A stretch of DNA of 64,000 nucleotides, taken from Sphingomonas bacterium (lineage in GTDB: Bacteria > Pseudomonadota > Alphaproteobacteria > Sphingomonadales > Sphingomonadaceae). Below, one piece after another: positions 53,587 through 61,954 of the stretch. Location of the stretch: NCBI GenBank assembly GCA_028292925.1, contig JAQGLK010000001.1, positions 4,557 through 68,556 of the forward strand. Reading direction: 5' to 3'. The position numbers and the translations under genes are program-made. Position 1 is the stretch's first letter; each line of letters begins with the position of its first letter. The notes beneath the pieces were generated by a model, which was not told where the DNA came from, ran no database searches, and was given only the letters and a program-made list of their open reading frames with translations.

Positions 53587-53618
53587 GTGAAGCCGATTGA
53601 TTAGTCAACCGGCTTCAC
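53587..53618. promoter_or_regulatory. 32-nt near-perfect palindrome in the purU upstream region (operator or RNA hairpin); a third half-site copy lies at 53566-53573
   Basis: GTGAAGCCGATTGA-TTAG-TCAACCGGCTTCAC gives 13 of 14 arm positions complementary. GGCTTCAC recurs at 53566-53573 and could pair with 53587-53594 instead. Confidence 0.4.
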
Positions 53619-53660
53619 GAGCATTCTTCCGCGAATGTCGCTGGTTCGGGCGCGCCCGGC

Positions 53661-54212
53661 TTATTTGGGCGCCAGCACCATCAGCATCTGCCGGCCTTCC
53701 ATGCGGGGAAACTGCTCGACCTTGGCGATCTCCGCCGTGTCGGCCTGCACCCGCTGGAGCACCATCATGCCGAGCTGGCCGTGGGCAAGTTCGCGCCCGC
53801 GGAAGCGGAGCGTGCACTTCACCTTGTCGCCCTCGGCGATGAACTCGTTGATCTTGCGCATCTTCACATCGTAATCGTGATCATCGATGTTCGGACGCAT
53901 CTTGATCTCCTTGATCTCCTGCGTCTTCTGGCTCTTGCGCGCGAGATTCGCCTTCTTCTGCGTCTCGTACTTGAACTTGCCGACGTCCAGGAACTTGGCG
54001 ACCGGCGGATCTGCGTTGGGCGAGACCTCGACCAGATCCAGGCCCGATGCGTTGGCCTGCTCCATCGCCTCGCGCGTATACATCACGCCCAGATTTTCGC
54101 CGTTCTCATCGATCACGCGCACCTTCGGCACGGTGATGAACTCGTTGAATCGCGGACCGTTGAGCGGCAGCGGCGTCGGGCCCAGCGGGCGACGCATCAT
54201 TGGCGGACGTAT
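53661..54212 (-). CDS. infC: Translation initiation factor IF-3; probable non-canonical ATA start
   Basis: [80 protein letters not shown]. The track start is ATG 54200. An in-frame ATA at 54212-54210 lies 8 nt behind AGGAG (54225-54221), whereas the ATG is 20 nt from it. Confidence 0.9.
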   Translation of the reverse strand: MRPPMMRRPLGPTPLPLNGPRFNEFITVPKVRVIDENGENLGVMYTREAMEQANASGLDLVEVSPNADPPVAKFLDVGKFKYETQKKANLARKSQKTQEIKEIKMRPNIDDHDYDVKMRKINEFIAEGDKVKCTLRFRGRELAHGQLGMMVLQRVQADTAEIAKVEQFPRMEGRQMLMVLAPK

Positions 54213-54309
54213 GGCACTTTCTCCTGTGGACTCGCAAATCGGTCCACCGGATATAGGGTAATCGACAGAAAAGTGAAAGGACGGACGCGAAGCGCTGCGC
54301 CGATGCCGA

Positions 54310-56304
54310 TCAGCGCAGGTCTGGCGGCACCGCCTCCGCTTTCAGCCGGGCGATCGCATCCTCCAGCGACAGGACCGACTGGCCGCCCTCGGCACCCAGC
54401 GTCCGCAGCGCGATCGTTCCCTCCTCGGCCTCGCGCTTGCCGACGACGAGCAGGTTCGGCACCTTGGCGAGGCTGTGCTCGCGCACCTTGTAGTTGATCT
54501 TCTCGTTCCGCAGATCGGTTTCCACGCGCAGCCCCGCCGCGGCCAGCCGGGCCGCCACGTCGCGGGCATAATCGTCCGCGTCGGATACGATTGTCGCGAC
54601 CACCGCCTGCACCGGCGCCAGCCACAGCGGGAAGCGGCCGGCATGATGCTCGATCAGGATACCCAGGAAGCGTTCGAACGTGCCCAGGATCGCGCGGTGG
54701 AGCATCACCGGCCGGTGCTTGGCGCCGTCTTCGCCCACATAGCTCGCGTCCAGCCGCTCGGGCAGGACGTAATCGAGCTGAAGCGTGCCGCACTGCCATG
54801 TCCGCCCGATCGCATCGGTCAGGTGGAACTCCAGCTTCGGGCCGTAGAAGGCGCCCTCGTTGGGCAGCTCCTCATAGCCATAGTCGTCGGACAGGCGCCC
54901 GGCGGAGCGGAGCGCCTCCCGCAGGCCGCCCTCGGCCGCGTCCCACAGATCGTCGGTGCCGGCGCGGTTGTCGGGGCGCAGCGCCAGCTTGATCGCGTAG
55001 CGTTCGAAGCCGAGATCGCGGTACACCGCGTCCAGCAGATCGCAGAAGGCGCGCGTCTCGGCGACGATCTGGTCCTCCCGGCAGAAGATGTGCGCATCGT
55101 CCTGCGTGAACTGGCGGACGCGCATGATGCCGTGCAGCGCGCCGTGCGCCTCGTTACGGTGGCAGCAGCCGAACTCGGCCAGCCGCAGCGGCAGATCGCG
55201 ATACGATTTCAGCCCCTGGCGAAAGACCTGGACGTGCGCCGGGCAGTTCATCGGCTTCAGCGCCATCAGGTCGCCCGCCCCGGTCAGCACCGGCTTGTCG
55301 GGATCGATGCCGGGCACCTCGTCGGGCACGACGAACATGTTCTCGCGGAACTTGCCCCAGTGGCCGGACGCTTCCCACAGCCGCGCGTCCATCAGCTGCG
55401 GCGTCTTGATCTCGGCATAGCCGGCGGCGTCCAGCTTGCGGCGCATATAGGCCTCCAGCTGGCGCCACATCGTCCACCCCTTGGGGTGCCAAAAGACCGA
55501 TCCCTGCGCTTCGGCCTGGAGGTGGAACAGGTCCATCTCGGCGGCGATCCGGCGGTGGTCGCGCTTGGCGGCCTCCTCCAGCCGGGTCAGGTGCTGGTCG
55601 AGCTGCTTCTTGTTGAGCCAGCCGGTGCCGTAGATCCGGCTGAGCATCGCGTTCTTCTGGTCGCCGCGCCAGTAGGCGCCGGAGACGCGGGTCAGCTTGA
55701 AAGCCTGCGGATCGAGCTTGCCGGTGGAGGCCAGGTGGGGGCCGCGGCACATGTCCAGCCAGTCGCCCGAACGGTAGACCGTCAGCTCCTCGCCCTCGGT
55801 CAGCTCGGCCGCCCATTCCGCCTTGAAGCTCTCGCCCTGGTGCTGCCAGCGGGCGATCAGGTCGGCGCGGCTCCACACCTCGCGGACCAGTGGCTCGTCG
55901 CGCGCGATGATGCGGCGCATCTCGGCCTCGATCGCGGGCAGATCCTCGTCGGTGAACGGGCGATCCCTGGGCGCGAAGTCGTAATAGAAGCCATCGTCCG
56001 TTGCCGGGCCGAAGGTGATCTGGGTGGCCGGAAACAGGTTCTGCACCGCCTCTGCCAGGACGTGCGCGAAATCGTGGCGGGCAAGCTCCAGTGCGTCCGC
56101 CTCGTCGCGCGCGGTCACCAGCGCCAGCGTCGCATCGTTCTCCAGCGGACGGGTGATATCGAAAAGCTGACCATCCACCCGCGCCGCGATTGCCGCCTTG
56201 GCGAGGCCCGGGCCGATCGCCGCGGCGATGTCGCCCGGCGTGGTGCCGCGCGGCACTTCGCGCACCGAACCATCGGGCAGCGTGATCGAGAGAAGGTCGT
56301 TCAT
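54310..56304 (-). CDS. thrS: Threonyl-tRNA synthetase
   Basis: TGS domain ([11 protein letters not shown]), editing domain [12 protein letters not shown], class II motifs (FRHE-like [35 protein letters not shown]) and an anticodon-binding C-terminus. Adjacent to infC. Confidence 0.95.
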   Translation of the reverse strand: MNDLLSITLPDGSVREVPRGTTPGDIAAAIGPGLAKAAIAARVDGQLFDITRPLENDATLALVTARDEADALELARHDFAHVLAEAVQNLFPATQITFGPATDDGFYYDFAPRDRPFTDEDLPAIEAEMRRIIARDEPLVREVWSRADLIARWQHQGESFKAEWAAELTEGEELTVYRSGDWLDMCRGPHLASTGKLDPQAFKLTRVSGAYWRGDQKNAMLSRIYGTGWLNKKQLDQHLTRLEEAAKRDHRRIAAEMDLFHLQAEAQGSVFWHPKGWTMWRQLEAYMRRKLDAAGYAEIKTPQLMDARLWEASGHWGKFRENMFVVPDEVPGIDPDKPVLTGAGDLMALKPMNCPAHVQVFRQGLKSYRDLPLRLAEFGCCHRNEAHGALHGIMRVRQFTQDDAHIFCREDQIVAETRAFCDLLDAVYRDLGFERYAIKLALRPDNRAGTDDLWDAAEGGLREALRSAGRLSDDYGYEELPNEGAFYGPKLEFHLTDAIGRTWQCGTLQLDYVLPERLDASYVGEDGAKHRPVMLHRAILGTFERFLGILIEHHAGRFPLWLAPVQAVVATIVSDADDYARDVAARLAAAGLRVETDLRNEKINYKVREHSLAKVPNLLVVGKREAEEGTIALRTLGAEGGQSVLSLEDAIARLKAEAVPPDLR

Positions 56305-56550
56305 CGGGCGGGTTCCTGGGCGGAGGTCGGAAGGATGGGGGCCGCAGGGGTCCGGGGTCGGCCGCCCGCGGGGTGGGGCGGCTGGCGTGTCGTCCGCGTC
56401 AGGCGCGGGCCAGCCGACCCCGGAACCCCGGATCGGTGCTAGTCTTTGCGGGGGCCGGCAGCGTGGACATGGCGCCTTGCGCGTTATCGTAATCGGGTTG
56501 CCAAGTCATCCCCGAAGCGCCAGCACCGGGGGAATGCCGGGGGAGTGGCG

Positions 56551-57645
56551 ATGACCGACGACGACAAGGCGGGCGACGCAAGCGACGCGTTCGTCTTTTC
56601 CGGCACGTGGCGCGATTACCTGCCGATCGCACTTGCCAACCTGGCGCTGACGATCGTCACCCTCGGTATCTACCGGTTCTGGGCCAAGGCGCGCGAGCGG
56701 CGCTATTTGTGGAGCCGCACCCGCTTCATCGACGACCGGCTGGAGTGGACCGGCACCGGCACGGAGATGTTCGTCGGCTTCCTGATCGCCGTGGCCCTGT
56801 TCACCCCCTTGTTCCTGGTGCTCCGCTTCGGCGCGCAGGCGATGGTGCTGCGCGGGCAGACCGGGCCGGCGGCGCTGCTTTCACTGCTGCTCTATCTCTT
56901 GCTGGCGTTCGCGTTCGGGTTCGCGCGGTTCCGGGCGCTCCGCTACCGGCTGAGCCGTAGCTACTGGCACGGCATTCGCGGCGGCAGTGACGATCCCGGC
57001 CTGCGCTACGGCCTGTCGGCGACGTGGAAGACGGCGGTCGGCTGGCTCGCCTTTGCCCTGCTCGTGCCCTGGGCCATGACGCGGTTGTGGAACGAGCAGT
57101 GGAGCGCGATGAGCTTCGGCCCGTACCGTTTCCGCGCGGACGTGCAGGCGCGGCCGCTGATGGGGCGGTGGCTGGCGCTGCTCTTTAGCCCGCTGCTGCT
57201 GGTCGTTGCAGGCAGCCTGGCGGGTTTCGGCATCGCCGCATCGGTGGCGGGCGGCATCGATGCCTCGCCGAACGCGGTGGCCGGGGCGATCCTCATCGCC
57301 GTGCTCACGCTGTTGGGCATATACCTCCTCTTCGGGCTGATCGGGCTGTTCTATTATGCGGCGTTCCAGCGCGCCGCGATCGGCAGCCTGTCGCTCGGCG
57401 GTATCGATTTCCGCTTCACCGCCCGGTCGCGGGATTGGCTGCTGCTGTTCCTGGGCGATATCGCGCTGGTGATCGGTACGCTGGGCCTCGGCATCTGCTT
57501 CCTCGGCTACCGCCACTGGTCGTTCCTGATCCGCCACCTCGGCGCGGTGGGCGAGGTCGACCCGAGCGAGGTGACCCAGTCCGCCACGCATGCCCCGCGC
57601 GAGGCGGAAGGGTTCGCCGATGCCTTCGACCTCGGCGCGATCTGA
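56551..57645 (+). CDS. DUF898 (YjgN) family inner-membrane protein
   Basis: FVFSGTWRDYLPIALANLALTIVTLGIYRFWAKARERRYLWSRTRF and a repeated half RYRLSRSYWHGIRG...WNEQWSAMSFGPYRF, with about 8 TM helices. ATG 56551 follows GGGGGAG. Confidence 0.8.
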   Translation: MTDDDKAGDASDAFVFSGTWRDYLPIALANLALTIVTLGIYRFWAKARERRYLWSRTRFIDDRLEWTGTGTEMFVGFLIAVALFTPLFLVLRFGAQAMVLRGQTGPAALLSLLLYLLLAFAFGFARFRALRYRLSRSYWHGIRGGSDDPGLRYGLSATWKTAVGWLAFALLVPWAMTRLWNEQWSAMSFGPYRFRADVQARPLMGRWLALLFSPLLLVVAGSLAGFGIAASVAGGIDASPNAVAGAILIAVLTLLGIYLLFGLIGLFYYAAFQRAAIGSLSLGGIDFRFTARSRDWLLLFLGDIALVIGTLGLGICFLGYRHWSFLIRHLGAVGEVDPSEVTQSATHAPREAEGFADAFDLGAI

Positions 57646-58702
57646 GCGCGGAGCCGTGCCCGGATCCATCCCCGCCTGGCATTATGACGGCCGCACTGCC
57701 GCGCGGCGCAACGTCACCCTAGCCCAGGACGGGGCAGACCTGCTGATCCTCGAAACGGGCGAGCGGATCGCGTTCGTGGCGCTGAAGGCGATGGGGCACC
57801 GCGGCGCGCCGGTGTTCGGCCGCAAAGGCCTGGAGGGCTGGCGGATCGGGCTGGCCGAACCCGTGTCCGCCGAATGGGCCGCGCTCCTGCCGCCGCAGGA
57901 ACACCATGGCGGCCTGCTCGATCGGATCGGGGTGGCGCCGGCCTTGCTCGGCGGGGCGGCGCTGGCGGCACTGTTCGTGTTCGGGCTGACCCGCGGCACC
58001 GAAGTCGTCGCGCGGCTGGTGCCGGAACGGTGGGAGCTGGCGTTCGGCGATGCGATGGCGGGGGATCTGGGCGGGCGGGTGTGCACGGCACCGGAGGGGC
58101 AGCGCGCGCTCGATCGGCTGGCTGCGCGATTGTCGGCAGGCAAGGGCCGGGCACGGGTGCGTGTGGTCGATATGGGGCTCGTCAATGCGGTCACCCTGCC
58201 GGGCCGGCAGGTGGTGCTGTTCCGCGGGTTGATCGGCGCGGCGCGGTCGCCGGACGAGATTGCCGGCGTGCTCGGCCACGAACTCGGCCATGTCGACAAT
58301 CGCGACGTGATGACCGGGCTGATCCGCGATTTCGGCATCGGCCTGCTGATCGGCGGCGCAGACGGTGGCCGAATCGCGCAGACCCTGCTTTCCAGCCGCT
58401 ACGGCCGTGGTGCCGAACGCGCCGCCGACGCCCATGCGCTTGCCGCGCTGGACCGGGCGGACGTGTCGCCAGCAGACACCGCCGCCTTGTTCGACCGGCT
58501 CGGCAAGCAGGAGCCGGCCACGCGCGCGGCCCGCCTGCTGACTTACGTCTCCAGCCACCCTCTCTCCCTCGAACGGCGCCAGGCGTTCGTCGCGGCGACG
58601 CGGGCGCGGCACCCTTATCGCCCGGCGATGAGCGCGGCCGAGTGGCAGGCGCTGCGTGCGATCTGCGGCGCGGCGGGCACTGCGGCGGCCAAGCCGCGTT
58701 GA
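57620..58702 (+). CDS. M48 family zinc metallopeptidase with an N-terminal extra domain
   Basis: HELGHVDNRD (HExxH) and a distal SRYGRGAERAADAHAL (third-ligand Glu region). One TM segment (APALLGGAALAALFVFGL). N-terminal domain WHYDGRTAARRNVTL. The start is uncertain: ATG 57590 or 57620 (both overlapping the DUF898 gene end), or GTG 57656. Confidence 0.8.
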   Translation: MPSTSARSERGAVPGSIPAWHYDGRTAARRNVTLAQDGADLLILETGERIAFVALKAMGHRGAPVFGRKGLEGWRIGLAEPVSAEWAALLPPQEHHGGLLDRIGVAPALLGGAALAALFVFGLTRGTEVVARLVPERWELAFGDAMAGDLGGRVCTAPEGQRALDRLAARLSAGKGRARVRVVDMGLVNAVTLPGRQVVLFRGLIGAARSPDEIAGVLGHELGHVDNRDVMTGLIRDFGIGLLIGGADGGRIAQTLLSSRYGRGAERAADAHALAALDRADVSPADTAALFDRLGKQEPATRAARLLTYVSSHPLSLERRQAFVAATRARHPYRPAMSAAEWQALRAICGAAGTAAAKPR

Positions 58703-58713
58703 GGCCGCACGCG

Positions 58714-59490
58714 ATGGATACCGACTTGCCCCCGCCCGACTATGTGACCCGAGCAGACGGGGTGCGCCTGGCGTACCGTTACCGGCCGGGGCGCGGGCCG
58801 ACGATCCTGTTCCTGCCCGGCTACATGTCCGACATGACAGGCGGCAAGGCGGCGGCGCTGGATGCCTGGGCCGCCGCGCAGGGCCGGGCGATGCTGCGGC
58901 TGGATTATTCGGGCTGCGGGGCCAGCAGCGGGGCGTTCGAGGCGGGAACGCTGGATGTCTGGCGCGACGACGTGTTGGCGGTGATCGATGCCGTTGCAGG
59001 CGACGATTCAGTCGGGCCAGTCGGCCCGATCGTGCCGATCGGATCGTCGATGGGCGGATGGCTGATGCTGCTCGTCGCGCTGGCCCGGCCAGCCCAGGTG
59101 GCGGGGCTGATCGGCATCGCTGCGGCGCCGGACTTCACCGAATGGGGCTATAGCGACGCCGAGAAGCACCGGCTGGCCGAGGAGGGGCGGATCTCCGTCC
59201 CCTCGATCTATGGCGGCGCGCCCTATGTGACGACCGCCGGCTTCTGGCGGAGCGGCGCCGCCAACCTGCTGCTGGAGGGCACGGTGCCGATCCGCTGTCC
59301 GGTCCGCCTGCTCCACGGCCGGGCGGATGCGGACGTGCCTTTCGATATATCGCTGCGCCTCGCCGCTGCGGTCGAGTCGAGCGATGTCGATCTGCTGCTG
59401 ATCAAGGACGGCGATCACCGGCTGTCCCGCCCCGCCGATATCGCTAAGCTGATCGATGTGACCCACCGCCTGCTGGAGAGCCTGCCATGA
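58714..59490 (+). CDS. Alpha/beta hydrolase fold protein
   Basis: ILFLPGYMSD, nucleophile elbow GSSMGG, LLHGRADADVP, DGDHRL (catalytic His region). Confidence 0.8.
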   Translation: MDTDLPPPDYVTRADGVRLAYRYRPGRGPTILFLPGYMSDMTGGKAAALDAWAAAQGRAMLRLDYSGCGASSGAFEAGTLDVWRDDVLAVIDAVAGDDSVGPVGPIVPIGSSMGGWLMLLVALARPAQVAGLIGIAAAPDFTEWGYSDAEKHRLAEEGRISVPSIYGGAPYVTTAGFWRSGAANLLLEGTVPIRCPVRLLHGRADADVPFDISLRLAAAVESSDVDLLLIKDGDHRLSRPADIAKLIDVTHRLLESLP

Positions 59491-60320
59491 TCCTGCTTAT
59501 GTTCGGCTTGCTTCAGGCGGCTGCTCCAGCCCCCGCAGCCACACCGGCTCCCGCAACGGCCGCCGCCGCCCGCCCGGCTGCGGCGGGCACCCGGTTCGAG
59601 ACGTGCGTCGCGCTCGCCAAGACCGATCCGGCCAGGGCGGCGGCACAGGCGGAGGCGTGGCGCGTCGTCGGCGGCGGGCTGCCGGCGCGGGAGTGCCTGG
59701 GCATCGCGCTTGCCGCGCAGGAACGCTGGGCCCCCGCCAACATCGCCTTCGAGCAGGCCGCAGTCGATGCAGAGATCCAGCGCGACGGCCGCGCCGCCAA
59801 TCTATGGGTGCAGGCGGGCAATGCCGCGCTGGCCGGCGACGATCCGTCCAAGGCGAGGGCGGCGTTCGATCGCGCGCTCAAGCTGCCGGTGTTGAGCGAT
59901 GCGATGCGGGGCGAGGCGCATCTCGATCGCGCCCGCGCCGCGGTCGAGCTGAACGATCTGCGCGCGGCCCGCGCCGATATCGATCAGTCGCTGAAGCTGG
60001 TGCCCGCCGATCCGCTCGCCTGGCTGCTATCCGCCACGCTGGCACGCCGCCAGAAGGACAAGGATCGTGCCGGCACCGACATCGCGCACGCCGCCCAACT
60101 CGCCCCGGACGATCCTGCGGTGATCTTCGAAACCGGCAACATCGCCGAGTTGCGCGGGGATCGTACCGCCGCGCAGGCGGCGTGGGCGCGCGCCGCCGAG
60201 AAGGATCCCGAGGGCCCGGCGGGGAAGGCGGCGATGGCCGCGCTGACCCCCCGGCTGGACAAGCAGGGCCAGGATCAGCCTAAGAGCGAACCCGCCTCCA
60301 CCCCACCCGCCAACCGCTAG
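59487..60320 (+). CDS. Secreted TPR-like repeat protein
   Basis: N-terminal signal-like segment MILLMFGLLQAAAPAPA, Ala-rich helical repeats (DPSKARAAFDRALKL, LRAARADIDQSLKLVPADP, AGTDIAHAAQLAPDDP) and a Pro/Gln-rich tail. ATG overlaps the upstream stop (ATGA). Confidence 0.65.
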   Translation: MILLMFGLLQAAAPAPAATPAPATAAAARPAAAGTRFETCVALAKTDPARAAAQAEAWRVVGGGLPARECLGIALAAQERWAPANIAFEQAAVDAEIQRDGRAANLWVQAGNAALAGDDPSKARAAFDRALKLPVLSDAMRGEAHLDRARAAVELNDLRAARADIDQSLKLVPADPLAWLLSATLARRQKDKDRAGTDIAHAAQLAPDDPAVIFETGNIAELRGDRTAAQAAWARAAEKDPEGPAGKAAMAALTPRLDKQGQDQPKSEPASTPPANR

Positions 60321-60332
60321 AGTTCTGTCCCG

Positions 60333-60749
60333 ATGAAATATCTCCACACCATGATCCGCGTTTCCGATCCGGCCGCCACGATCGCCTTTTTCGAACTGCT
60401 CGGCCTGCGGCAGGTCCGCCGGATGGATAACGAGCAGGGCCGTTTCTCGCTCATCTTCCTCGCCGCGCCGGGCGATGACGACGCGCAGGTCGAGCTTACC
60501 CACAATTGGGACGAGGCCGGCTATCAAGGGGGCCGCAATTTCGGCCACCTCGCCTACCGGGTCGATGATATCTACGCGACGTGCCAGAGGCTGATGGATG
60601 GCGGCGTGACGATCAATCGCCCGCCCCGCGACGGACACATGGCGTTCGTCCGCACCCCCGACGACATTTCGATCGAGCTGTTGCAGGGGGGCGATCGGCT
60701 GCCGCCGCAGGAGCCCTGGGCATCGATGCCGAATACCGGCGTCTGGTAA
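60333..60749 (+). CDS. gloA: Lactoylglutathione lyase (glyoxalase I, VOC family)
   Basis: MKYLHTMIRVSDPAATIAFFELLG, VELTHNWD, FGHLAYRVDDI, FVRTPDDISIELLQ. Confidence 0.85.
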   Translation: MKYLHTMIRVSDPAATIAFFELLGLRQVRRMDNEQGRFSLIFLAAPGDDDAQVELTHNWDEAGYQGGRNFGHLAYRVDDIYATCQRLMDGGVTINRPPRDGHMAFVRTPDDISIELLQGGDRLPPQEPWASMPNTGVW

Positions 60750-60750
60750 C

Positions 60751-61488
60751 ATGGCCGCCGTCCCTCTGCGGATCGAGCGGATCCCGGTGCTGTCGGACAA
60801 TTACGTCTGGCTGATGCACGATGCCGAGAGCGGCGAAACCGTGGTGATCGATCCCGGTGTCGCCGATCCGGTGCTGGCCGCGGCGGAGGCGCTGGGCTGG
60901 CGGATCACGCAGATCTGGAACACCCACTGGCATGCCGATCACACCGGCGGCAACGCCGCGATCAAGGCGGCGACGGGGTGCACGATCACCGGCCCGGACG
61001 AGAATGGCCGTATCCCCACGCTCGACCGGATCGTCGCGGAGGGCGATACGGTGACGATCGGCGGGCATGTGGCGGACGTGATCGCGGTTCCGGCGCACAC
61101 CGCCGGCCACATCGCGCTGCATCTCGCCGCAGATGGCATCGTCTTCGTGGGGGATACGCTGTTCGCGATGGGCTGCGGCCGGCTGTTCGAGGGGACGGCT
61201 GCGCAGATGTTCGATGCCATGACCCGGCTGAGGGCCATGCCGCCGGAGACGATCGTGTACTGCGCCCACGAATATACCCAGTCGAACGGCCGCTACGCCC
61301 TCGTCGCCGAGCCCGGCAATGCGGCGATCGTGGCACGGATGCGCGATGTCGATGCCGCGCGGGCGGCGGGCCGGGCCACGGTGCCGACGACGATTGCACT
61401 GGAGCGCGAGACCAACCCGTTCCTGCGCGCGGCCGATGCCGAAGAACTGGCGCGGCGGCGCGCGGAAAAGGATGCGTTCCGGGGCTGA
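60751..61488 (+). CDS. gloB: Hydroxyacylglutathione hydrolase (glyoxalase II)
   Basis: DNYVWLMHD, NTHWHADHTGGN (THxHxDH), PAHTAGHI, GDTLFAMGCGR, CAHEYTQSN, NPFLRA. Confidence 0.9.
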   Translation: MAAVPLRIERIPVLSDNYVWLMHDAESGETVVIDPGVADPVLAAAEALGWRITQIWNTHWHADHTGGNAAIKAATGCTITGPDENGRIPTLDRIVAEGDTVTIGGHVADVIAVPAHTAGHIALHLAADGIVFVGDTLFAMGCGRLFEGTAAQMFDAMTRLRAMPPETIVYCAHEYTQSNGRYALVAEPGNAAIVARMRDVDAARAAGRATVPTTIALERETNPFLRAADAEELARRRAEKDAFRG

Positions 61489-61554
61489 GCCCTTGCAATC
61501 GCGCGACGGCTTCGCACGTCAGGGGAAGCACGCCCGATCGAGGATGGATTTCCC

Positions 61555-61950
61555 ATGCGATTTTCTGCTCTTGCCGCCGCTGCTCTGATCGCTGGCATCG
61601 GGGTTTCCGCCCCGGCGCGGACGCCGTCTGCCGCCGAGCTCTCCCCAAAGGTCGCCGCCGCGCTCGCCGGGCGCACCGCGGGCAAGCCGCGGAGCTGCGT
61701 TCCGCTGCGTTCGGTCCGCTCGACCGAGATCGTCGACGAGACGGCGATCATCTACAAGCTGGACAGGAAACGCTGGCTGGTCAATTTCCCGGAAGGCGGC
61801 TGCGCCTCGCTCCGGCCGGACCGGGTGCTCGTCACCAGCACGCCATCGACCAACCTGTGCCGGGGCGACATCGCCCGTATCATCGATCCGCCGACGCCGA
61901 TCGAATATGGATCGTGCGGGCTCGGCGACTTCGTGCCCTACACGCGCTGA
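61555..61950 (+). CDS. Hypothetical secreted protein (131 aa, four Cys)
   Basis: Signal peptide MRFSALAAAALIAGIGVSAPA. Third positions are GC-rich. I recognise no family motif. Confidence 0.55.
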   Translation: MRFSALAAAALIAGIGVSAPARTPSAAELSPKVAAALAGRTAGKPRSCVPLRSVRSTEIVDETAIIYKLDRKRWLVNFPEGGCASLRPDRVLVTSTPSTNLCRGDIARIIDPPTPIEYGSCGLGDFVPYTR

Positions 61951-61954
61951 GCGA

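Noticed and set aside
54475-56442. A 655-aa plus-strand ORF antisense to thrS, plus ORF 54197-54799 spanning the thrS/infC junction.
   Set aside because: These are shadow ORFs. The opposite strand encodes a complete ThrS with class II motifs, and the translations are low-complexity Arg/Gly/Ala.
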